A stretch of DNA of 64,000 bases from Candidatus Obscuribacterales bacterium (lineage in GTDB: Bacteria > Cyanobacteriota > Vampirovibrionia > Obscuribacterales > Obscuribacteraceae). The first letter of the stretch is position 1. Each line of letters begins with the position of its first letter. The position numbers and the translations under genes are program-made. The notes under the pieces were generated by a model. That model did not search any database. It was not told where the DNA came from and saw only the letters and a list, made by a program, of their open reading frames with translations. The stretch spans positions 2,208,001 to 2,272,000 of the forward strand of contig CBDDIJ010000003.1 in the NCBI GenBank assembly GCA_965228855.1. The letters run 5' to 3'. This document shows positions 55,375 to 64,000 of the stretch, piece by piece.

Positions 55375-57063
55375 ATGACAACCGCACAATCGCGTAAATC
55401 GCTAACTGTCCATCAGGTGCTTGATCAGCTTCGAGTGGAAGGAGTCAGGTATCTGTTCGGCTCCGTGAGTTCGTCCGACTCGCCAATCTCAGCAAGCGTA
55501 ATGGCGCTTCGAGGCAAGGAAGGCGAGAACATACACTTCTTGGGTTCCGTCCATGAAGCTTCGGCGGTGTTCATGGCGTCCGGTTACGCCCAGGCGACCT
55601 CACTGCCCGGCGTTGTCAACATAGCCAGCGGTCATCTTTTGAATGCGGTCCCTGCGATATACGCGGCCAATCGATCGCAAATCCCACTCGTCATTCTGGC
55701 CGACCAGGAAGACTCGCATATCATCAACGATGAGCCGCCCCTGACCGTCGAACATCATTTGACGGTGCGCACCATCGCTAAGTGGATGGCGGAAGCACGT
55801 ACCGCCCGCGAAATTGGACGACTTATGAGACGCGCGTTCCATGAGGCTCTTTCGCCTCCGAAGGGACCTGTCGTTCTTTCCATACCTATAAACCTTTTAT
55901 TGTCGACGGCTAAATCCCAGGTGATTAGACCACCTCTGACGAGCCCGCTGGGAACAGCCGATCAAAACTTCGTCAGCAAAGTAGTCGGACACCTCGTCCG
56001 CGCTGAGAATCCAGCGATCATCGCCGGCAATGAGGTTTCGCAATACCGCGCCCGCCGAGACACCGTGCTGATGTCGGAGGTGCTGGGCTGCCCGGTGTAC
56101 TGCGAAGCAGCTCCCATCGGTGTCAACTTCCCAAACCGTCACCCGCATTTCGCCGGAGTTTTGCCCCAGGATGTTGATGCAGCGCACGAGCGCCTGAAAG
56201 CTCATGACCTCATTTTGGCTCTTGGTGTCCAGAATCGATTGCCGAATAGAAGTGAGGGACCGTCGATGGTTCCTGACACCGGCACAATCATTCAAATAAA
56301 TATGGATGGCCGATTGGCCGGCATGACGTTCCGCTCGACGATGGCTACACAGGCGGATATTTCGGAAACCCTGTCTCGCATTCGCGCTGAAATGCAACTT
56401 GCTGTAGACAACGATTGGTTATCGAAATCTAAGGTCAGGACCCGAAATACGATAACCGGAATTGCCGAACTGCGACACCATCAAGAAGAATCTTTGCTTT
56501 ATCCCAATCCTGCAAAACCGACCAGCTTGTTCTGGCTAATGCGCCTGCTCGAAGGCATCAGACCGCCAAAGTCAGTCGTAGTCTCGGATATCATCCATGC
56601 GAATGCCATGCCGTTTGAGATTCTCAGCTTAGAGAGCGGCTCTTCCTTCTTTTCAAGCAACAGCGGGGTAAACGGTTTTGCATCCGGAGCCGCATGCGGT
56701 GTTCAATTTGCCGGTCTCGACATTCCGATCATCTGCCTCACCGGCGATGAGTCATTCCTTGGATACCCGCAGACACTCTGGACCGCAAGACATTATGGAT
56801 TAAACACAAAATTCGTAATCGCCAATACGCAGAGCCGAGCCCGGCTCAACATGCTGCCTTCGGCGCCCACCCGCCGACCACCGCGCTTTGAGCTCACGCG
56901 TCCGGAAATCTCCTTAACCCGCCTGGCGGCTTCCATGGACGTGCCGGCATTTCAAGTTCAGCAATTCAGCGACCTGGAGCCGGCGCTCGTCAAACTATTC
57001 TCCGAGCCAGGTCCAGCACTTATTGATGTATTGATCGATCCTGAATCGTACCTGGGAAGCTGA
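55375..57063 (+). CDS. Thiamine-pyrophosphate-binding protein, benzoylformate decarboxylase/ALS-like, with degenerate motifs
   Basis: GVRYLFG, HEASAVFMASGYAQAT, RRAFHEALSPPKGPV, GDES (for GDGS), LWTARHY and GPALIDV. Confidence 0.8.
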   Translation: MTTAQSRKSLTVHQVLDQLRVEGVRYLFGSVSSSDSPISASVMALRGKEGENIHFLGSVHEASAVFMASGYAQATSLPGVVNIASGHLLNAVPAIYAANRSQIPLVILADQEDSHIINDEPPLTVEHHLTVRTIAKWMAEARTAREIGRLMRRAFHEALSPPKGPVVLSIPINLLLSTAKSQVIRPPLTSPLGTADQNFVSKVVGHLVRAENPAIIAGNEVSQYRARRDTVLMSEVLGCPVYCEAAPIGVNFPNRHPHFAGVLPQDVDAAHERLKAHDLILALGVQNRLPNRSEGPSMVPDTGTIIQINMDGRLAGMTFRSTMATQADISETLSRIRAEMQLAVDNDWLSKSKVRTRNTITGIAELRHHQEESLLYPNPAKPTSLFWLMRLLEGIRPPKSVVVSDIIHANAMPFEILSLESGSSFFSSNSGVNGFASGAACGVQFAGLDIPIICLTGDESFLGYPQTLWTARHYGLNTKFVIANTQSRARLNMLPSAPTRRPPRFELTRPEISLTRLAASMDVPAFQVQQFSDLEPALVKLFSEPGPALIDVLIDPESYLGS

Positions 57064-57331
57064 TTACAACACGTTTTCTGGTTCGGGACAGGCGAAAAGG
57101 TTTCCTACCTGACAGTTTTGAAAATTAGATTTTGAAAATGTCGAGCAGTACCCACTTTCGCACTGCTTGCGGTCCCGCTTGACAATATTATTGCAATTAA
57201 AGCTCAAGAACCTTATCGAAATCGGTATGGAACCCAATATCCGAGCGGTCACTTGATAAACTTTAAAACCGTAGTGGGCAACAAATCGCCAGGTATTTAT
57301 CGTGAAAACTCTAGCAAGAGATAGCAAAGAC

Positions 57332-59134
57332 ATGACCGAGGACAAGAAGCTCATCGTAAATGACTTCTCGATCCACGTAGCAACGGTCAACGGCTCGGGG
57401 AGCCAATCCTCAAACACAGTGCTCTTGAGATCAATATTTCAAATGGGCATTCCAGTAAGCGGCAAAAACCTCTTCCCATCGAACATCATGGGATTGCCGA
57501 CCTGGTTCACCATTCGTGTAAACAAAGACGGCTACATCGCTCGTAAAAAAGAGGTCGATATTCTTGTCGCCATGAACCCGCAAACGGCGATTGAAGACGT
57601 TAAAGAATTGCGTCCGGGCACCGTTTGCGTCAGCCCCATCGAACTTAGCCTCGACAAAATTCGCGACGACGTTAAGCACTATCAAGTGCCGTTCGGCGAG
57701 CTTGCCAGCCAGGCCACCGACAACGTCAAGTTGAAAAAGCTTGTGACCAACATCATCTACGTAGGCGTTGTAGCGGAGCTGCTCGAAATCGATCAAGCAG
57801 AAATCGACAGAGCTATCGAAGCGCAATTCGAAGGCAAGCAAAAGGCGATCGACCTCAACAAAAAAGCGGCAATGATTGGTCGCGAGTGGGCGAAAGAAAA
57901 CCTCAAAAAGGCTGACCCTTACAGAGTCGAGCGTCTCGATTTGACCAAGGGCAAAATCATCATCGACGGCAACCAGGCTGCAGCTATCGGCTGCATGATG
58001 GCCGGCGTGTCGGCGGTTACCTGGTATCCGATCACACCATCGTCCAGCCTCTGCGAATACTTGATCGATTATCTCCACAAATACCGCGTAGACAAAGATG
58101 GCAAAAACACATTCGCCGTCGTCCAGGCGGAAGATGAACTTGCTGCAGTAGGAATGGCTATCGGAGCAGGTTGGGCAGGTGCTCGCTCGATGACATCGAC
58201 CTCGGGTCCCGGCATCTCGTTGATGTCCGAATTCTGCGGATTCGCTTACTTCACCGAGATTCCAGTTGTAATCTTCGATGTTCAGCGCGTCGGTCCGTCG
58301 ACCGGTCTGCCGACACGAACATCGCAAGCAGACTTGCTCTCCACATACTTCCTCTCACACGGCGACACCAAGCATGTCGTGCTGCTTCCGAATTCGGTGG
58401 GCGAGTGCTACGAATTTGCGATGGCCGCATTCGACCTCGCGGAGCGCCTCCAACAGCCGGTCTTCGTTCTTACCGATCTCGACATCGGCATGAACAACTG
58501 GATGTCGGATCCGTTTGTCTATCCTGAAAAACCTTTCGATCGCGGCAAAGTTCTCAACGCAGAACAGCTCGAAAAGGCAGGCGGTTTCGCCCGATACAAA
58601 GACGTCGACGGCGACGGTATCGCTTACCGCACTCTTCCGGGAACGGAACATCCCAAAGCCGGTTACTTCGTTCGCGGTTCCGGTCACAACGAAAACGCCG
58701 CATACAGTGAGCGTCCTGAAGACTATGTCAAACTCATGGATCGCTTGCTGAAGAAGCTTGAAACTGCAAAGCAATATGTGCCTCAACCAGTGATCGAGCA
58801 GAACAAAGATGCGAAAGTCGGCATCCTCGCCTTCGGTTCGACCCACTGGGCAATTGAAGAAACGAGAGATCAACTTTCTCGCGAAGCAAAATTGCCGACC
58901 AGCTATTGCAGAGTGAGATCGTTGCCCTTCACCGAAGGCGTTCAAAAGTTTGTCGAAGACCACGACCACGTGTACGTCGTCGAACAAAACCGCGACGGTC
59001 AAATGCTCGACCTGCTCCGCCTGGAGATGCCGCAACTCGCGACCAAGCTGAGATCGGTCAAACACTACAACGGTCTACCCGTTGATGCAGAATCATTTAC
59101 GACCCAAATTCTTGAACAGGAGAAGAACGTTTAA
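57332..59134 (+). CDS. korA: 2-oxoacid:ferredoxin oxidoreductase alpha subunit (gamma-alpha fusion)
   Basis: NGSGSQS, WYPITPSS, QAEDELAA, TSGPGISLM, QRVGPSTGLPT and VVEQN. Confidence 0.93.
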   Translation: MTEDKKLIVNDFSIHVATVNGSGSQSSNTVLLRSIFQMGIPVSGKNLFPSNIMGLPTWFTIRVNKDGYIARKKEVDILVAMNPQTAIEDVKELRPGTVCVSPIELSLDKIRDDVKHYQVPFGELASQATDNVKLKKLVTNIIYVGVVAELLEIDQAEIDRAIEAQFEGKQKAIDLNKKAAMIGREWAKENLKKADPYRVERLDLTKGKIIIDGNQAAAIGCMMAGVSAVTWYPITPSSSLCEYLIDYLHKYRVDKDGKNTFAVVQAEDELAAVGMAIGAGWAGARSMTSTSGPGISLMSEFCGFAYFTEIPVVIFDVQRVGPSTGLPTRTSQADLLSTYFLSHGDTKHVVLLPNSVGECYEFAMAAFDLAERLQQPVFVLTDLDIGMNNWMSDPFVYPEKPFDRGKVLNAEQLEKAGGFARYKDVDGDGIAYRTLPGTEHPKAGYFVRGSGHNENAAYSERPEDYVKLMDRLLKKLETAKQYVPQPVIEQNKDAKVGILAFGSTHWAIEETRDQLSREAKLPTSYCRVRSLPFTEGVQKFVEDHDHVYVVEQNRDGQMLDLLRLEMPQLATKLRSVKHYNGLPVDAESFTTQILEQEKNV

Positions 59135-59136
59135 TC

Positions 59137-60192
59137 ATGGTTGAAACAGCAACACCTTCTCCAGCACCGAAGGCACCCGCAACAAACAAATTGAACCTGA
59201 CGCTGGCCGACTATAAGGGTTCACCTTCCACACTATGCGATGGCTGCGGTCACGACGCCATCACAAGCCAGATCATCAAAGCGTTTTGGGAACTCTCAAT
59301 CGAGCCGCACCAGGTTGCAAAACTGAGTGGTATCGGTTGCTCATCAAAAACGCCCGCGTACTTCTTGAGTCGCGCTCACGGATTTAACTCCGTACACGGA
59401 CGCATGCCGTCCGTCGCGACCGGCACGCACATGGCTAACCACAAGCTGATCACAATCGGCGTCTCCGGCGACGGTGACACCGCTTCAATCGGTCTCGGTC
59501 AGTTTGGTCACTTGATTCGCCGCAACATTCCGATGGTTTACATCGTTGAAAACAACGGCGTTTACGGACTGACCAAAGGTCAATTCTCGGCGACCGCTGA
59601 CGTCGGTTCAACATTGAAAGATGGAACCGTCAACAGACAATCAGCGATCGACCTTTGCGGATTGGCTATTGAACTTGGTTGCGGTTTCGTAGCTCGTTCA
59701 TTCGCCGGTGACCCGAAACAGCTCGTCGCTCTAATCAAAGCCGCCCTCGCTCATGAAGGCACCGCATTGCTGGACGTAATCAGCCCCTGCGTGACCTTCA
59801 ACAACCACGAGGGTTCGACGAAGAGCTATAAGCACGCAAAAGAGATGGATCGCCCGCTCCACGAGCTAGGCTTCATTCCGTTCTACGAGCAAATCACAGT
59901 CGACTATGAACCGGGAACGGTCCAAGACGTCGAGATGCATGACGGCTCGCACTTGCGTTTGAAAAAACTCGGTCACGATTACGATCCGACCGACAGATTT
60001 GCAGCCGATAGAGCAATTCACCAATCTCACAAAGATGGCACTTTGCTTACCGGCTTGCTCTTCCACGATAAAGATCTGCCGAGCTGGACGCAACTCAACA
60101 ACCTTGTTGACCAGCCGCTCTCTAGACTCTCGCAGGAACAACTGAGACCGAAGAAAGAAGTTCTCGATGAGATCATGAAATCATTGACGTAA
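59137..60192 (+). CDS. korB: 2-oxoacid:ferredoxin oxidoreductase beta subunit
   Basis: LCDGCGH, SGIGCSSK, HGR, GDGD, NNGVYGLTKGQ and SPCVTFN. Confidence 0.94.
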   Translation: MVETATPSPAPKAPATNKLNLTLADYKGSPSTLCDGCGHDAITSQIIKAFWELSIEPHQVAKLSGIGCSSKTPAYFLSRAHGFNSVHGRMPSVATGTHMANHKLITIGVSGDGDTASIGLGQFGHLIRRNIPMVYIVENNGVYGLTKGQFSATADVGSTLKDGTVNRQSAIDLCGLAIELGCGFVARSFAGDPKQLVALIKAALAHEGTALLDVISPCVTFNNHEGSTKSYKHAKEMDRPLHELGFIPFYEQITVDYEPGTVQDVEMHDGSHLRLKKLGHDYDPTDRFAADRAIHQSHKDGTLLTGLLFHDKDLPSWTQLNNLVDQPLSRLSQEQLRPKKEVLDEIMKSLT

Positions 60193-60219
60193 TTTCGATC
60201 CGGAATTAAACCACTTGAG

Positions 60220-60254
60220 ACGGGCTTGCTCTGCGGCAAGCCCGTTTTTTTTTT
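60220..60254 (+). terminator. Rho-independent terminator of korAB
   Basis: acgggcttgc-tctgcg-gcaagcccgt stem followed by a T run. Confidence 0.9.
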
Positions 60255-60362
60255 GAAATTGGGAATGAGCACGAAACCAGATCCGCTGTCGCAGCGCTAC
60301 GGACTTCCAGCGAGATAATTTCTTACTCGTCGCAACCACAGGTGGTATTTAAAACTAAACCA

Positions 60363-61730
60363 TTAATGCGCTTCCAACAGCGGAGCCACTTTCGGCAAGC
60401 AGTGGTTCAATAAATACAACACGTCTTTATAGCGCTGTTTGTTGCAAGTAGCATCGTCGAACAAGCAGATTCGTTTCGACGTCCCATCTACCTCAAGTTT
60501 GTCAGTAAACAGGTCCGCCTCCTTCACGTCGTTGTACATAGAAACCATCCGGGCATCATCACCATAAACAGCCTTGCCTTCGACGAAAACAAGACTGATG
60601 TTCTTTGGCTCCGTCTTCAAAAGACTGACGAACGGATTTTGATCTAGCTTAGGAGCAAGGAAAAAATCACCTGCGAATCCCTTTTTCAGATGACCGAAGT
60701 GGTCTTCGAGACCAGCTGTTAGCGCGGCATCCGTCGTGACCATCTTGTATAAACGTTCAGGCGTGACGGGATTCTCGGCGCCCCAAGTTTTCTTGGCGTA
60801 GTCAAACGCAAACTTCATCTCGCCGAGCAAGTTGTCGGAACCGGAAATAGTCCAGTCCGGACTCAGTGCAACCGTGACGCCAGATTCGATGGCAGCAGGA
60901 ATATTTGTGGTTTGGTTGTACAGGCTTATATTGCTCCGAGGCGACCATGAAAGATACATCTTGTTGTCAGCCATCTCTTTGAACTCTGGCTTAGTAAGCG
61001 CGACTCCATGGATGACGACCATGCCGGGCGTGACCAGATTGTTGTCTCGCAAAACCTTGAATTCATTAATGCTAGCTGGGTCATCAGCGCGACCTTCGCC
61101 GATGTGCAAGAAAAAGCGTTTCAACTCTTTGCTTTTAAGCTTCGCGGCATTTGCTTGAAGTTTCTCATTGCCAATCTTAAGAATATTGTTGCTGGAATTC
61201 GCTACCAGACCGCCTGTCAGATTGCGGATTGGAAGCGAAGGTGGTTTCGTATAATAAGACGATTGGATCATAGTAGTACCGCCAATGATGGCACGAATCT
61301 CCGCGTACTTAATAGACGTCGACATCACGTCTCCTGATGCTTCCATGTTCGCTTTAAAAATGTCCACGACGTTATCGAAATATTCTTTGTTTTGCGGACT
61401 CTTGTTCTGCTCATCGTTCCACTGGTAGCGGTTTACGAAAAACGATTTCGGTTTCCACAATGGAATGGAGTTGTAGTGGACGTGATTGTGAGTATCAATC
61501 AAGCCAGGGTAAGCGTAGCCCTCATACTTCAGTTTTTTCGCAGAACTCGGGACGTCAGCCTCGGAAGTGAAGACATCAAGTATGGAATCGCCATTCTCCG
61601 AATCGATCAGCAACCAACAATTCGTCGCGCCGGTTTCGCTCACCACATCGGCATTGATTGCAAGAGGTTCCGCATGAGCCGCGGTTGCAATCAAGAGCCC
61701 CGCGACGGCTAAAGCAATCTGACTTTTCAT
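60363..61730 (-). CDS. Exported metal-dependent amidohydrolase/deaminase-family protein
   Basis: GGAGG RBS before ATG 61730; signal peptide MKSQIALAVAGLLIATAAHA; PGLIDTHNH, GGTT, LHIGEG, IHG and SPDW. Confidence 0.85.
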   Translation of the reverse strand: MKSQIALAVAGLLIATAAHAEPLAINADVVSETGATNCWLLIDSENGDSILDVFTSEADVPSSAKKLKYEGYAYPGLIDTHNHVHYNSIPLWKPKSFFVNRYQWNDEQNKSPQNKEYFDNVVDIFKANMEASGDVMSTSIKYAEIRAIIGGTTMIQSSYYTKPPSLPIRNLTGGLVANSSNNILKIGNEKLQANAAKLKSKELKRFFLHIGEGRADDPASINEFKVLRDNNLVTPGMVVIHGVALTKPEFKEMADNKMYLSWSPRSNISLYNQTTNIPAAIESGVTVALSPDWTISGSDNLLGEMKFAFDYAKKTWGAENPVTPERLYKMVTTDAALTAGLEDHFGHLKKGFAGDFFLAPKLDQNPFVSLLKTEPKNISLVFVEGKAVYGDDARMVSMYNDVKEADLFTDKLEVDGTSKRICLFDDATCNKQRYKDVLYLLNHCLPKVAPLLEAH

Positions 61731-61801
61731 TTCTACCTCCGGTCCCATTGAATTTCGCAAGCACGTTCTTGCTGAGCTTTCTGCTATCGCTAAAGGACGC
61801 T

Positions 61802-61825
61802 AACAACAACAACAACAACAACAAC
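61802..61825. repeat. (AAC)8 microsatellite
   Basis: Eight perfect AAC units in the intergenic region. Confidence 0.95.
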
Positions 61826-61837
61826 AGACGAGATACG

Positions 61838-62995
61838 CTACAACAGACCTTCAAGCGCATAAAGCTCTCGACAGTTGCGATATAGAACTTTTTCAGCGAT
61901 AGCCTGAGCTTGCGCCAACGTCAGATAGTTCTCATCAATCAGATCGTTCAGCACCGACTGTAGTGCTTCCTTCATAATTACCGCACCGTACCAGTGCATC
62001 TCGGGCAGAGTATGTCCATCACTCCCAGCAAGAATTTTAGTCGCAGGCGCGATTGCTAAAGTTTCGCGCACGAAGTTTTTCACCATCGCGGATACGAGAA
62101 TGACTGACAACGATAAATCCATATAGCAGTTTGGAAAAACGGAACAAAGATATGCCGCCTCGCGGTGATATGGATAGCAATGAAGGAAGACGAATTTGCA
62201 TGAAGCAAACCGTTTATCCTTCACTATTGGCGTCATGACGGTAGGGTTCGCCTCATGCAATACGAGGTCTGCGTCACCAATGCCGGTGTGAATTTGGATG
62301 GGCAATTTCGAATGTGCGGCAAGTTGAAACGCGTTAAGGAGCAAGTAATGATACAGGGGAGACGCGGATATTCGAAAATCCTTCTTGTCATTTTTCGAAG
62401 CAGCTTCAATCTGCCTTCTGGTCTCTGAGAAACTTTCTTTAGCAGCCTGCAAATCGATTTCCGGTTCTCTGGGCAAACCGCCGCGGTAAGCAGCTATTGT
62501 TTTAAACCCAACTGGAAGCGACTCTTTGAATGAATGCATTTCGAGTTGCAAATGATTTATAAGGTCTTGAAACGAATCGTGTTCGCAAATCAAGCGCTCG
62601 AAAACAGATTCAAGGCGAACAATTTTGAACACCGGACGTCCGCAAACTTTTGCTACTTCATTGACCGACATGGACGCTTCCGAATTGAATCCATCATCAA
62701 TAAGCAATCCGCCAATAGAGGCGTCGTCCCAGAGTTCATTCACGTAATCCGAAGCGGAAAGCGCCTGTCGCGCCTCGACAAGTTGCTCGTCGGTTTCGAA
62801 CCGGAGATAGTCCTTAAGGCGCTCGCGCATGTTCATATAATGCAAACTATGTGGCACATGGTTTTCTATCATTGACAGCGAGTTAGACTCACTGAATGTT
62901 CGCCGAAAACCAACAACATCGACTTCCAGATGCCGCCTTAAAATGGAATGCGCATGGTGGTCGATAAAGACACTTTTGCTGATATCGAGTTTCAC
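61838..62995 (-). CDS. Amidohydrolase_2-family protein (FluG/NodGS N-terminal-domain-like)
   Basis: IDHHAH, LLIDDG, FKTIAAYRGGL, QIHTGIGDADL, LHCYPYHREA and SDGH…PE. Confidence 0.88.
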   Translation of the reverse strand: MKLDISKSVFIDHHAHSILRRHLEVDVVGFRRTFSESNSLSMIENHVPHSLHYMNMRERLKDYLRFETDEQLVEARQALSASDYVNELWDDASIGGLLIDDGFNSEASMSVNEVAKVCGRPVFKIVRLESVFERLICEHDSFQDLINHLQLEMHSFKESLPVGFKTIAAYRGGLPREPEIDLQAAKESFSETRRQIEAASKNDKKDFRISASPLYHYLLLNAFQLAAHSKLPIQIHTGIGDADLVLHEANPTVMTPIVKDKRFASCKFVFLHCYPYHREAAYLCSVFPNCYMDLSLSVILVSAMVKNFVRETLAIAPATKILAGSDGHTLPEMHWYGAVIMKEALQSVLNDLIDENYLTLAQAQAIAEKVLYRNCRELYALEGLL

Positions 62996-63052
62996 GCGGA
63001 TAACCTCGCTAAACTAGACGAACTGGCTAGTACTGGAAGTGGTGCACGCATC

Positions 63053-64000
63053 CTAGTACCGCATGCGGTGATGGCTTAGCTCGAAGTCCTGGTCGAGGCT
63101 ATAGGCTTCCGCCTCGGACGACTTTACGATTATGTATGCGTTCGCCAGCTCCTCTCCAAGTGTCTTCATCATGTAGACATCTGCTTCCAGTTCTGTAAGT
63201 GCCTGCTGAAGCGTTTCCGGTAAGCGAACCGCGCCGCACTCCTCACGCTCCTCATCTGATAAATCAGCTGGATCTATTGTCACCGGTTTCGGTGGCTTTA
63301 GTTTTTTGCGAACGCCATCAAGTCCTGCCGCAATTATGCATGCCAATGCAATATAGGGATTCATGGTGGCATCGACGCACTTCACTTCAATATTCGACGA
63401 AGCCATCTCATGTCCCCAGTACACGGAGGGAACTCGCACTGCCGCCTCGCGGTTTTCATACCCCCAACATTTATAAGCCGAAGACCAGTGTTTCGGTTTC
63501 AACCTTCTATATGAATTAAATGAGGGGCAGGTCACCGCCAGTAGTGCTGGTAGATGCTCAACGATTCCTGCGACGAACTGCAAGCCGAATTCGCTCAATC
63601 GACCTTCATCAGCCCAGAGCAAGTTTCGCTCCCCGTATTGGTCCCAAACCGAAAGATGAAGGTGACAGCCGTTTCCAGGCTGGTCTTCAAACGGTTTTGG
63701 CGCGCAGGTCACAAGCATGTCCTGTTCCAATGCTAAACCGCGCAGAGTCTCACGCAGCATCACCCACTGATCGCAAGCCGCCAGTGCCGGCTGATGGGAG
63801 ATACTTACCTCATGCTGCCCATGTCCAAGTTCCGGATAATACTGCTCTACCTGCAACCGCTGGCGGTGCAAATAATCTACGAGCTTTGAAACGTACCTGT
63901 TAGCACGATTCATTCCATCCGTGCCGAAACAAACGCTATTGTCCACAGAAACAAAGCGCCCATCGAAGTCTTTGCTACCAAGAAAGAACTCGGTCTCGAA
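63053..64000 (-). CDS. Glutamine synthetase-family (gamma-glutamyl ligase-like) protein, 5'-truncated by window edge
   Basis: Open to 64000 (FETEFFL), with PELGHGQHE, PKPF, GNGCHLHLS, NSYRRL, WGYENREAAVR and NPYIA. Confidence 0.9.
   Translation of the reverse strand, partial: FETEFFLGSKDFDGRFVSVDNSVCFGTDGMNRANRYVSKLVDYLHRQRLQVEQYYPELGHGQHEVSISHQPALAACDQWVMLRETLRGLALEQDMLVTCAPKPFEDQPGNGCHLHLSVWDQYGERNLLWADEGRLSEFGLQFVAGIVEHLPALLAVTCPSFNSYRRLKPKHWSSAYKCWGYENREAAVRVPSVYWGHEMASSNIEVKCVDATMNPYIALACIIAAGLDGVRKKLKPPKPVTIDPADLSDEEREECGAVRLPETLQQALTELEADVYMMKTLGEELANAYIIVKSSEAEAYSLDQDFELSHHRMRY

Noticed and set aside
57431..59065. Long minus-strand ORFs (298 and 236 aa)
   Set aside because: They are antisense to the well-supported korA.
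61576..61885. Poly-Leu and poly-Asn ORFs
   Set aside because: They are artefacts of the (AAC)8 tract and overlap real genes.

Overview
Bacterial chromosomal window, probably from a non-photosynthetic cyanobacterial relative (Vampirovibrionia/Obscuribacterales-like). This is inferred from gene content and protein style, not from a marker gene. About 58% of the window is taken up by two convergent, paralogous giant exported Gly/Asn/Thr/Ser-rich beta-solenoid-type proteins of 9530 aa (+) and about 2924 aa (-). They share a signal peptide plus Arg-rich leader, a conserved N-terminal domain, modular repeats, a Lys-rich terminal segment, an ADPPSR boundary, and a FecR-like C-terminal domain ending in TAMK. 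Neither shows a recognisable T1SS, TPS, autotransporter or sortase signal. Both genes carry an identical 14-bp element exactly 32 nt upstream of the start codon, plus a second shared palindrome further upstream. The rest is housekeeping and scavenging genes: GNATs, an esterase, a BioD-like protein, ctpA, mtnP, an M16 peptidase pair, D-aminoacylase, a TadE-like protein, hpt, guaD, a degenerate TPP enzyme, korAB, amidohydrolases and a GS-like ligase. A recurring oddity is that several genes are followed by tandem degenerate copies of their own last codons and stop ('gene-tail echoes'). No rRNA, tRNA, CRISPR array or transposase was recognised.
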